Below, piece by piece: positions 39,111 to 51,075 of a stretch of 64,000 nucleotides of DNA. The DNA comes from Mobula hypostoma. Lineage: Eukaryota. Made by a program: the position numbers and the translations under genes. Below the pieces are notes generated by a model. It was not told where the DNA came from. It made no database searches and saw only the letters and a program-made list of their open reading frames with translations. The stretch lies in assembly GCF_963921235.1 (NCBI RefSeq), contig NC_086097.1:74154001-74218000 (forward strand), in the 5' to 3' direction. Each line of letters opens with the position of its first letter. Position 1 is the stretch's first letter.

Positions 39111-41139
39111 TAAGCTGTTTTAGAAACAATAACGTTTCTTCTTCATACTTGCAATCAAAGAATAGCCTCTAAGAGAGAACATTCAGCCCATTATACTGGA
39201 TCTATGAAAGAGCCATTCAATTAGGTCTGCCACTTAACTTTGTTTCCAATAATTCTGCTGTTGTTTCATTTTCAGTGATATAGCCAACTGCCTTTGGGAA
39301 ATCATAATTGAACGCTATAGTGCCACTGTTTCCAGTGTACTAGATACGATGCTTTAGTGCAAGCTACAGTCTCTAAAAATAAATCTGTTTCATCTCCCAG
39401 CTGGATTGTGATAAATCAATGTCCTCTGGCTACATTGTACCAGTGAACCCAGTCCTCTCCTATGAAAATGCCTCATAAAATTAAAAGCAGCTGTTATATC
39501 AGGAATAGAACAAGCTCAGACCAAACTATGCTGATCAGTCACTTTGTGGTACTCCACACTGACGACCAAGCCTCTTTGGATCAGACCAGAGGGCTACACT
39601 TGGGAACTGAGTGCTTTTGCCGGGGAGTCATGCTTGCCAGCCATCTGTGTATAGGCAAGATAGTTTCCTTAGGAGGTAGGAGGGGTTTTCCCAATGGAGG
39701 GGCAGAGCAAAGAGGCAGCAGTGTAATCTGGGCTATGGAAGCTGAAGAGAAACGTCTGCTTCCTCTGGTCCTCACGGGAGCAAGGAGTAACTGGTCTTTA
39801 CTATTCTTCTTTGCCAGCTGTGTGGTACATGCAGTGCTCAGCCCAGCTGAGTCTGTAAATGAAAATCAGGGTCCTATATATACCACCCTGGTTGGGACTG
39901 TAAATGTTCCAACTGCTCAGCCCATTTTTGTACTTTGGATCCATCAATAGGCATAATAAGTATTGCAGAAGCAGTAAGTGCAGTTGAATCAGAGTTTGCC
40001 ACGACTCTATCTCTGTTATGTAGCAAATTACTCGCTCTCCCCATGCCATGTAGTCTGGCCTCTTTTCCCATGTACTCACTTCCTTTTGTAAAATTTCTCA
40101 CTTTCAACTAAGTAATTCATTTTCATAATGAAATAATTTGCTTCAGCTTGACATTACTGTCTACAGGAAGGGGGAAACTAAAACAGTGCAAGAGCTGAAC
40201 AGGCAGACAATGAATTGTCGACTGTCATTTTCTACGCAGGATTCTGAGAAGCTGCAACTCAGTGGGGTTACATCTGCTCAACACTGCTGTCAATTACTAA
40301 GTCATATCTAAGGTCTTGCTGCCAATTATTCTCGACCAGATCAGTTCACCAAACCATCGGTGCACTGCCACTTTTGTGGAACTACAGTAATCGCTGTTCC
40401 TTGCTGCAACTATTGCATAACAGTCTGTACTTTGAAAACCTTACTCCTGTTGTTAACCACACTTGCCTTCATGACCATCCTATGATTGCTTTTCATTACT
40501 GTACTTGCGGCATCCTAGATTAAAATTGAAATTAATTGGCTCTTGGCCCTTGCTAAAAAAAAGTTACAGCAATTACAGAAGTAAATTCTCTGCAGTCCAA
40601 TTCTATTCCTGTCAAGTAAACTCACCCCTCCTAGAATGTCCTAGTTAGAGTGACACAGGAAGTTTACATGATTGCAAATATGACATGATTATCTCTTGGC
40701 CAGAAAATGCTGAAAGAATAATCATACATTATCTTTTTCTTATTGGAAAAATATATTGGTATTAAGTCTGACTGATATTCCAACACTATATAAAAACTGT
40801 TGGATGACATATTTCATGAAAACAGGGCTCTGCAAGAATTACCTTCTTTTGAAAATGGGCTTCAGAAATTGAAACATTCTCCAGATTCTTCATTTTTCTG
40901 ATTTTAAGTGATATACAATTAGGTATTCACAGGTATCACTCTTAACACTTCCCCAGGATGACCGCAGCAATAATACTCATATAAATATTAACGCTCTGCT
41001 TATAGCTCGGCACACTGATTTGCAAAGCTCCCATTGTAATGCACTGAAGAAGTAGGATGAATAATCCATTACAACATCCAAATAGATAGCTGAAAGAAGT
41101 ATGAAAAGTCTACAATCCAAAGACTAGAAATAGAAAAGT

Positions 41140-41240
41140 CAGCTGCTCATTTCCCTCATCAGATGCTGCCTGACCTGCTGAAATCCTGCAGAAGTTTGTG
41201 TGTGTTGATCCAGATTTCCAGCATCTGCAGTCTCTCGTGC
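41140..41240 (+). mobile_element. Penelope-derived repeat fragment
   Basis: gatgctgcctgacctgctga...gtgtgtgttg...ccagcatctgcagtctctcgtg. Confidence 0.65.
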
Positions 41241-41320
41241 CACTAGAAACGAGGTCATGTTTATGGTGCTACTAAATCAGTTTCACTGCAAGTTCAATTG
41301 TAAAACAAATTGTAGACTTA

Positions 41321-42026
41321 AGTCCAATTTATACTTGCGTGTCAAATTGACGCCGTAGGTACGGTGTAGCCGCGTACCCTACGCTGTAGCCTGATGCACA
41401 CCTCCCCAAAAATATAATGACGTGTCACAGTGGTGTAGACCGCAACAACTGTGATTGGTCCGCTTGGTAGCATTGCATTTCCTCCTACGCTGCAATGGCT
41501 TCCCGTTGGGTGACTGAAGGGCAGGGAAGGAACTCTGGCTGCAATGCTTTCCATAAAGCTTTACAGACCTCCGAAATTATGGAGGACCCTGTGCTTGATG
41601 CCAGTTTGTAGCGAGCTGCTACAGCCTGTTGACTTCCACCTGAAGCTAAAACTCGAATGGTGATTGCCAGTCTCTGAGTACACTGTGCATACACTGATGT
41701 GAAATAAATGGTTGGAGACGATGAACCAAATCGTCAAATCTACCTGTCAACATCTGAAAATATTTGAAATACATTTGCTCGTCCATGTCTCTCAGTGGCC
41801 CGACAAGCATAGAAAATTCACCCTCCTTCAGTTCCAGTCGCCATTGTTTGAAGGTTGAGTTTCTTCGTGTTGAGTTTCAACTCGAAGAAACTCTACACAG
41901 TGGCGTAGAAACCCCACCATCAACTAATGTTTTGGTGGTGAATTGCAGAGCGACGCAGACACACCAACGCACAAGTGTAAATGCTCACAACGGCGTAGAC
42001 TACTACACGAAAGTATAAATCAGCCT
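41321..42026 (-). mobile_element. PIF/Harbinger DNA transposon deletion derivative
   Basis: TIRs AGTCCAATTTATACTTGCGTGT / ACACGAAAGTATAAATCAGCCT with 3-bp TSD TTA on both sides. ORF 41485..41694 ([41 protein letters not shown]) resembles the HARBI1-type transposase N-terminal region. Confidence 0.88.
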
Positions 42027-42599
42027 TTACTGTGCGTTCTGTAAAGTCAGCTGTTCTCTTTCCGGTTCCTTGATTTGGCTAATGTGAAAGGACACAGAGA
42101 AATCCAGACAGAAAGCGCATTCGATGAAAGCAAAGACATTAATTTTACATTTTTGGTCTAAACCTACACAGCTTGGTGCAAACCACTTATGCAGAAGCAA
42201 GTCTCATAAGCTAGTGAGTTTAGCTTTGTAGGTCAGGTAGTGGAACCTGGCACTGGAATCATCTTAGCAGATCTTTAAGTAAAGTCTATAATGTCATTCC
42301 CTGAGCAATGGGTTGGAGTGGGTGTGTATGGTGATCCCCATGGAGTGGGGTAGTGCCTGGGCCCAGGGGTGGAGGTTGATGTGGAGAGATGGAGAAGGAT
42401 CAGATAAGCTACTCCTGGCTCTCTGTGGATATGGGAATGGAATGGTGTGGTGCAGCCTGGTGGCCTGACTGCTCTTCCACTGTGAGCACCGAACTCGTCT
42501 CTTCCTGCCTGACACTCAGGGAACAATGCTGTGTTCCTCAAGAAGGATGTTTGTTGCTCCAGATTCCAGTATCTGCAGTCTCTCGTGTCTTTTTTTTTC

Positions 42600-43100
42600 T
42601 CAGATACCTTGGGGTCAGCAATGTCTGGAGGGCAAAGCTGAAGATCAAAGTACAGAGGGTGGCAAGTCTGGAGGTAGAAGCCTCAATGTTGAAGACTGAA
42701 ATTGGTGAATCCAGGGGTAAAGGCCTGAGGTCAAAGCCCTTGGGTCAGCTTGTCCACATGTCTGAAGTGCAATGTCTGCGAGTTTGGTCCAGGGGCTGGA
42801 GGTTAGAGGCTGTGAATCTGAGCATCTGAGGTGTAGGACCGGAGGTCTGGAGGCAGTCCTTCATGGGGTTGGAGGCATGTATGTGTGTGTGAGTGGATGG
42901 AGGATGGGAAAGGGGCTCAACTTGCTGTTCTTGTTAATGTTACAGTTCCTTATGTTGTCCTGCTGAACACTACGGCCGTGCTAGGTTGGTGTTCGAAGGT
43001 CCCGACACTTGCAGGCTGCCCTCAGTACATCCTTAGGTGTGTTGGTTAACACTAGTGACCCAGTTCCTATTTTAATAAATAAATCTGAATCTGAATCTGA
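42600..43100 (+). mobile_element. Non-autonomous retroelement with AATAAA-(TCTGAA)n tail
   Basis: Ends aataaataaatctgaatctgaatctga; homologous to 13255-13520 and 30231-30590. Confidence 0.6.
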
Positions 43101-45941
43101 AAAGTTGTGCTTGTTCTGACAACACAGATTGCAAGGGCACTCAATGGTCTTTACTGAGATTCATTATGAGTGTAATATGGGACTTTGTTTACAACAAAAG
43201 GTTTCCAGGGACTTAAACTGACTAATATCAACTTTTAGAAGGCCATCATTCTGGTGAAAGCCATTAGCTGGTCTGTCTGAAACTCGTTGATCATCTGCGG
43301 CAAAGAGATGTCTACGACTGATCATTTGCACACTAGTGTATGCTAAGGTCTATGACTATATTCAGTGGCTCAATGGAAAAAGACCACAGTTTACTCAAGG
43401 AATATATGAAAAGGAAAATTGATGTCATGTAAATGGAATGACATGACGTGTGCTAAACAGATTCCAAAATAAATATAATTGCAAATTTGATGAATAAGGA
43501 AATAATGTTCAATGGAAGAAAACTTTACTGTTGAAACAAGTTTCCCCTGGCCCCTCACCATCACAATCTTCCCTTTTACTGATCTACTGTCTAATTTCCT
43601 CCTCCCGTGCACTCCCACTCCCAACCTCATCTCACCACAACTCAGTGTGCTATGTGGAAGTGCTGCACTCTTAGAACTTGAAAGTTGATTGTGACTTCCA
43701 GTGATATCACCTAAGCTCACCAAACCCTATTCTTCATTTCCTCCATGGGGGATTTCCATTCCGCTGGCCACGGTTTATTTCGCTATGATATGTTAACAAT
43801 AAATAAAAGGCACTCGAGCAGACAGATGGATAGGAAAGGTTGAGAGGGACATGGGCCAAACATGGGAAAATGCGACTAGCTTAGATGAGGGTTTTGTTCA
43901 GCAATGGAACAGTTGGATTGAAGAGCCTTTATCTGTGCTGTATGTTTCTATAGCTTCATGATATCCTTCCTCTGTGATGTCTGTCCTCTGTGGCCCAGAC
44001 ACTGCACTAACTGGCTTTCCTGTTCATGTTGTGTGATAGTGCAGCACACAAAATAAATGCTTATGAAAGGATAAAGTGTGCCTTGTGCACCCCTGAGTGT
44101 TGCAATGGCAGAACCTTAACAAAACATCCTTTGACCCACTATGCACCACCCATTTAATTCCCCTTTACAATCAACAAGCAATTCCCAGGCCCAAGAATCA
44201 TAAGCATTATTGTAAACTTAAACCATTCAGCAATAGGACAACAAAGAATCACTGAAAGGTATACACTGCTGAACTGCCTTCCACAATACATTGCAAGGCA
44301 TTTGTTAACTGTGACTTTGGTAGAAGAATAACTTGCATCAATATCTTGATTGTAAAAATCAATTAAAGGAAAGGATACATGGGACAATATTCTTACAAAC
44401 AATTTATCCTGAAAAAATATGAATGCATCTTTGCAATCAAGATGGCAGCTGCATTAAAAGGTTCAACCAGTCAGTACTTTGTTTGGTATTTTAGAATTCC
44501 AACTGTTTATCTCCTGTTAGGAAGACTGTTATCCCAGTGTATAGACTGCAGCTGTTTGGGTACGTAGACAAGAATATCACACTCTTTAAACCGTTACATC
44601 AATTCTAAGTAGTTTTGAAAGCTATCCAAAATGTTCAGAGAACTTATGAACCTCAGTAAAAGCCAATCTTATACAGTCATATAGTTACATAATGTAGATT
44701 TACAATGTATTACAAGGTGCTAGCAATGAGGACTTTCAGTAATATGAAGATAGCCAAGAAGCTGGGTTGTTCGCGTTAAAGCAAAAAGAGTTAAAGATTT
44801 AGTAGTGGCTTTTGAAACATTGAAAAGTGTGTTTTTTTAAATGTAAGGCATGAGAAGATTATTTTGTACTGCACAAAGTTTTGTGTGCATTGCCTTGTGC
44901 CTCATTCATACTTGAATTTTGTAACAGCTGGCCTTTAAACAAAACATTCATTGGTCCCCTGTGCACTTCTCATTTAATGAGGCTTTACAGTCACCATACA
45001 ATTTCCAGACCAAAGATTCATAAAATCTAATGTAAACCTTGTCTATTCAGGAACAGACAATACAGATTTGATAACATCTGATATTCATTAAATACTGCAA
45101 CTGATTATTTCTTTTTTATTCAGTTTATTTCTTCCATTAGCTGAGGCACAACTTAAAACCAAGTAAATAACCTTAACTGATGATAACAGATAATTGATAT
45201 TGGGACACTTTACATTAATAATTACATTAAAAATTCAACCTTAATTATCAGTAAGTTGAAAGCAAGTACGTGCATACCTAATTATTGAGGTATCAAACTT
45301 TACTGCCATTTTTTATGTTGATGCTAAACCATGCATTGCTCAAAACAGCCCCAGACAAGATCTGGATTTAACCTTGAAACAATACTGTAACAAGCCGCAT
45401 AAGATTTCTTGGGGTAAATCATCTCATGGTGTCTGGGCTATACATTGTGATTTTTAATGCTGTTGTGATATTACATTTAAAATATTTTCAGGATCTAATG
45501 AGTACCAAATAAGTTGCCGATGTCTTTTAACAATATAAGACAGGGATGGTGTGCAGAATTCAGCAGCTGAAGGTTGGAACTTCCTGAATGTCTGTAAATT
45601 CACTTGGCTCAATTCTCTCTTTTGTTAGAAAATTCATAAGTAACTTTACTTGCATTTCCCTGAGTTCGATGTACATTCTGAAGCAACTAGCAGCAGATGA
45701 ATAATGAGACATGACTGCATTCTCTGTATTCTGTTTTTAGTAAACATCATGGATTGACCACTTAGTGCTTCAGAAGAAAACAGAACTTCTTAAATATATA
45801 TATCTTGTTTATCAGCCACACATAAGCTATGCAGATAGTACAAAGATAGATACAGGGGGCGATAGTGTTGAGGAAGCAAGGAGACTGCCAAAGGGCTTGG
45901 ACAGATGAGGAGAATGGCCAAAGAAGTAGCAGATGGAATAT

Positions 45942-46070
45942 GGAGAAAACCTGCAGATGCTGGAAATCCAAGCAACACACACAAAATGCCGAAGGGTCTT
46001 GGCCCAAAAGGTCGACTGTACATTTTTCCGTAACTGCCTGGCCTGCTGGGTTCCTCTAGCATTTTGTGTG
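45942..46070. mobile_element. Penelope-derived palindromic repeat
   Basis: ctgcagatgctggaaatcc...cacacaaaatgc / gcattttgtgtg arms; core TGCCGA-AGGGTCTTGGCCC-AAAAG-GTC-GACTG. Confidence 0.7.
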
Positions 46071-47042
46071 AGATGGAATACAGAATAGGGAAGTGTATGG
46101 TTGTACACCTTGGTAGAAGGAATAAAGGTGTAGACTATTTTCTAAGCAGGGAGCAAATCTGAAATCAGAGGTGTAAAAAGACAGGAGTTCTAGAGCAGGA
46201 TTCCTGAAGTGTTAACTTATAGGTTGAGTCAGTAGTAAGGAAGGTAAATGCAATGTCAGCATAAATTTCAAGAGGATTAGAATATAAAAGCAAGGATGTA
46301 ACATTGAGGCTTTATGAGGTATCTGTCAGACCACATTTGCAGTATTGTGAGCAGTTTTGGGCCCCATATCTAAGAAAACACTCACAGGCATTGGAGAGGG
46401 TCCAGAGGATGTGAAACATAGCACAATCTTGGAATAGAAGGAGAAAACTTAGGAAAAGAAACCTAGAGAACTTACAGCATAATACAGACCCTTTGGCCCA
46501 CAATGCTGTGCCGAACATGTATTTACTTTAGAAATTATTTAGGGTTACCCATAGCGCTGTATTTTTCTAAGCTCCATATACCTATCCAGGAGTCTCTTAA
46601 AATACCCTATGGTATCCGCTTCCACCACCGTTGCCGGCAGCCCATTCCATGCACTCACCACTCTCTGTGTATAAAACGTACCCCTGACATCTCCTCTGTG
46701 CCCACTTCCAAGCGCCTTAACACTATGCCCTCTCGTGTTAGCCATTTCAGCCCCAGGAAAAAGCCTCTGACTATCCACATGATCAATGCCTCTCATCATC
46801 TTATACACCTCTATCAGGTCACCTCTCATCCTCCGTTACTCCAAGGAGAAAAGGCCAAGTTCACTCAAATAGAGATGAGGTGAAATTTATTTAGCTAGGA
46901 AGTGGTGAATCTGTAGAATTCATTACCACAAGTAGCTGTGGAGGCTGCTAATGGGTATATTTAAATTGGAGATTGGTATGGTATTGATTAGTAAGGGCAT
47001 AAAATGTTATGGGAAGAAGGCTGGAGAATGTGGTTGACAGGG
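46071..47042 (+). mobile_element. CR1 LINE 3' part, host of nested insertions (3' tip resumes 51560-51645)
   Basis: RPHLQYCEQFWAPYL motif. The CR1 3' UTR continues after the Gypsy element. Confidence 0.75.
46455..46866 (-). mobile_element. Younger CR1 3' fragment inserted antisense in the CR1
   Basis: ORF 46545..46829 (MRGDLIEVYKMMRGIDHVDSQRLFP...RVVSAWNGLP). Confidence 0.85.
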
Positions 47043-47536
47043 TGTTGTGTTTGCTTGCCTATAACTACTGATGAGTTTTGAAGCCAGGATATCGGACAAA
47101 GCTCGAACTCAAAATACTTCTTTTTTCAGTAAAACCATGCAATAACAAAATTTCAAACTCAAAACTCAAATGTACATTCCAAAGCACAACTATTCAAATG
47201 GTTTACCAAGAATATTCAAGATGTTCATAGGAACATAGGAACTATGACCATTTAGTGAGGTCAGCCTGGCATTGGTTGTTTCGGTTCACTACAACATCTA
47301 TCTCTTGAAGATGATTACCTGTAGGATTTGAGCTGAGGGTTGATTTGTATTGGAACAACCAGCTTACACTGGTGATCAGTCCTTCTTAGTGGTTGCAGAC
47401 TGTCACTGTCTTGTCACAATGGTGCTGGTGGTTGGTTTCGTCAGGGTAAATTGAGCCCTTCCTGCAGGAGATGAAGGTCCGGCTCTGATACCTTGTTGTG
47501 TTGTCTAAGATAGCAGTGATGTTTTCAGGATCTGGT

Positions 47537-48392
47537 CAATGAGTACAGAGAGGAAATTAAGAACCTGGTGGCATGGTGCGAAGACAATAACCTATCCCTC
47601 AACGTCAGCAAGACGAAGGAATGGGTTGTTGACTTTAGAAGGAGTAGCGGACCACACGACCCCATTTACATCAGTGGTGTGCAAGTGGAACAGGTCAAAA
47701 GCTCTAAGTTCCTCGGGGTCAATATCACAAATGACCTGACTTGGTCCAACCAAGCAGAGTCCACTGTCAAGAAGGCCCACCAGCGCCTTTACTTCCTGAG
47801 AAAGCTAAAGAAATTTGGCCTGTCCCCTGAAACCCTCACCAATTTTTATAGCTGCACTGTAGAAAGTATTCTTCTAGGGTGCATCACAACCTGGTATGGA
47901 AGTTATCCCGTCCAAGACTGGAAGGAGCTGCAGAAGAACGTGAACACAGCCCAGCACATCACACAAACCAATCTTCCGTCCTTGGACTCACTTTACACCG
48001 CACGCTGTCGGAGCAGTGCTGCCAGGATGATCAAGGGCACGACTCACCTAGCCAACACACTTTTCATCCCTCTTCCCTCCGGGAGAAGGCTCAGGAGCTT
48101 GAAGACTCATACAGCCAGATTTGGGAACAGCTTCCTTCCAACTGTAATAAGACTGCTGAACGGGTCCTGACCCGGATCTGGGCCATACCCTCCAAATATC
48201 CGGATCTGCCTCTTGGTTTTTTTTTGCACTATCCTACTTTCACTTTTCTATTTTCTATTTATGATTTATAATTTACATTTTTAATATTTACTATCGATTT
48301 GTATTCCAAGGAGCGCAAAGCACAGAATCAAATATCGCTGTGATGATTGTACGCTCTAGTATCAATTGTTTGGTGACAATAAAGTAAAATAA
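47537..48392 (+). mobile_element. Young Rex/Babar LINE 3' fragment nested in the Gypsy
   Basis: Uninterrupted 200-aa ORF 47568..48170 (WCEDNNLSLNVSKTKEWVVDFRR...KAHQRLYFLRKL...ESILLGCITTWYG); 3' end GACAATAAAGT. Confidence 0.9.
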
Positions 48393-48591
48393 ATTATGGC
48401 TGTGCTCATCTATGATGAATCCCAGATTTGTGATTGAAGACATTTGGAGGCTGCATTTTTCTGCCCAAAATCACAATCCAAAGTCTTGTAGTTTGTTTAA
48501 AACATGGTTCAGGCATTGGCATAGTTCTGTCTTATCCATGCCCATCACAATAATGACATTGAAGTAAGCAACAAGACTATTAATGAAACAA

Positions 48592-48800
48592 ACAAGAGAA
48601 AATCTGCAGATGCTGGAAATCTGAGCAACACATACAATATGCTGGAGGAATTCAGTGGGCCAAGCAGCGTCTATGGAAAAAAATACAGTTGATGTTTCGG
48701 GCTGAAACCCTTTGGCAGGACTTGCCAAAACGTCAACTTTTTTTTTCCATAGATGCTGCTTGGCCTACTGAGTTCCTCCCGCATTTTGTTTGTGTTACAC
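48592..48800. mobile_element. Penelope-derived palindromic repeat with hammerhead remnant
   Basis: Long inverted arms. Minus strand reads AGTC-CTGCCAA-AGGGTTTCAGCCC-GAAAC-ATC-AACTG. Confidence 0.75.
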
Positions 48801-50391
48801 TATTAATGCCACTGAGCATATTATCCATAAGCTGCTGGAAAATTGAAGGAGCTACCTTTACTTCGAAAGGCAGGCAGAGGAAGAAAATCAGCCCCATATG
48901 TGTTGCAATGGTGAGAAGCTACTGTGAATTTTCCGCTACTTCAGTCAGGAGGTAGGCTTCAGCTGAGTCCAACTTTGCAAAGTAGCAACCACTGTTCAAT
49001 TTTGCAAAGAGATCTGTTGGTACTGGTATGTCTCCAGAGCCGCATTTAGACCATTTGAGAAATTTGCACACAATCTCACTGTACTGTTTACTTTCTCAAC
49101 AATGACCATTGTAGCTGTCCATTGTGAGTAGTTGAAAGTTGATCACACCAGCTGTGTATGTGACCATTCTTTTGGGAAACTGGCTTTGCATCTGGATGGA
49201 GATGGAGTTCTGCTTGCAGTTTGGTGCAGCAACCTAAACCTTTTTGAGACACTGCTGCATAGCGTTGTTGCAGTTGTTGTTGTATGGTCTCACATACTGA
49301 AGGTGGTATGGCATCGACTGACATAATTTGAATGGTCAATGTCTTCATACAGACCTCACCCAGAGGGATGCTCCAGAGATAAAGCTTGTCCATCCAGCCA
49401 ATGCTAAGGACATTCAGGTCTGGCTGGTCTGTTAGGTAACACATACCATCGACTTGGTTACCATTCAGCTTCACCATGCAGTGCAGTTTGCCAATCAGTG
49501 GGTGAATTCAACCCAATGCACTACAGGCAGAGTGATGTGTTGGGATCCAAGTGCCCACCACATGTATTTGGAGATAATGGTGATGTCCAAGCCATATCGA
49601 GTTGTAGCTTGACCATCTGATTGTTGATATGTTGACATACCTCCTCCTTGGGGCAAAGTCACCTTGGAACATGACCATTCAATTCCTTGTAGATTTTATG
49701 CCTTTTGAAACTTCTTACTCTTGTGTTTCATTGATGTAGAAGACTGTGAAGGATGTCAAAAGTCTTCTTTATGGCCACAGCATTGGCACTTGCTACAAAT
49801 GTGTTTCTTGTGTGAGCAATTTCTTGCATAATACCATGCATCACTGTTTCAAGGAGCTGTGTTTGACCACTTGGAGACCGGCTGAGTGATGATGTGTGAG
49901 CCATTGGAAACTGCATTGACATGGTTCTGTTCAGCAAGGTTGGAATTATGTTTCAGGTTGATCAAATGCTGACTTTCTTGTGTGAAAGCTTGTAAAGTCA
50001 AATTAGGGTCTTGTTCCAGCATGGCCAAGAGCCGTTTGTGAATGTCTGCATCCCCAGGTACCTGAAGTCCACAAATAAAAATCAGACTTTTGAACTGTGA
50101 TTCAGTTATGTTACCCAGCTTGAACTTTTCACATTCATGATTGATGACACTGGCTTATGTGATGAAGTCATCAGTGTCATATTTAACAAATCTTAGGCAT
50201 GGTAGCGAACACTGTAGAGAGATGACTGCTCTCCAGAATTTAGCAGTCAGACAGTTTTGTCAAACAATAGGTCACGCAGATTCTTAGGCTTGTGTTCAGC
50301 AGTACCCAACTGTTGGAGCAAAATGCATGTCTTCCATGAGTCACCTTTACTGGTGAACTCGACCCAAAATATATCGTAGTAATATATAAAC

Positions 50392-51075
50392 CAAAGGTTC
50401 AATTTAATGTCAGAGAAATGTATTCAATGTACATCCTGAAATGCTTTTTCTTTGCAAAACATCTACGAAAACAGAGAGGTCCCCCAAAGAATGAACAACA
50501 ATTAAACGTGAGAACCCTAAAGTGCCCCCCCCAGCTCCCCCTTCTCATGCGTAAGCGGTGGCGAGCAACAATCTCCCCTCCCCCCACCGGCAAAACAAAA
50601 AGTGCACCCGTTACAGAGCACAAACGTGAGCTAAGCGATAGCAAAGACATAGACTTGCAGTCACCCCAAAGATTATCGCAATTCATCCGGCATTCGGCAA
50701 CCCACGGGTTCTCTCTTTCCCTAATAAGGGAAAGGGAGGTGTCCCCCATTTTCACAGCGAGCGGGAGACATAACAACAACCCACTGGCTTACGATGTTAA
50801 AAAGTTAATTTTGTAGTTTTTTTTTGCAAGCTCTGTGCCCGAAGATCGCAAAGATCTTGGGTCTTTGGGCCCACAGCGAAAGATTTTCCGGCCTCCCCAA
50901 TGACACACGAGTCTCCTGCCGTTACGCTGACCCTCGATCCTCCCGGCTCCAGAGCCCCGGGACCTTAGGCTTCCGAACACTAGGCCGCCTTTCAGGCCTA
51001 ACACTTGGCGTGCCTGAAACCCCGAGAACAGGTCCCATTCCCCATTCCCGCAAAGGACCATGGTTCAAACAAAAC
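50392..51075 (-). mobile_element. CpG-rich non-autonomous retroelement nested in the Gypsy gag
   Basis: Abrupt CpG-rich insert. Minus-strand 3' end ctgacattaaattgaacctttg resembles a LINE-type tail. Confidence 0.55.

Noticed and set aside
39462..40107. 162-aa ORF and an antisense LLMDPKYK motif (hAT-like)
   Set aside because: No recognisable domain, TIRs or splice support; the motif is too short to call.
47568..48170. 200-aa ORF as a host gene
   Set aside because: It is the C-terminal part of a Rex/Babar LINE ORF2, with many decayed relatives in this window.
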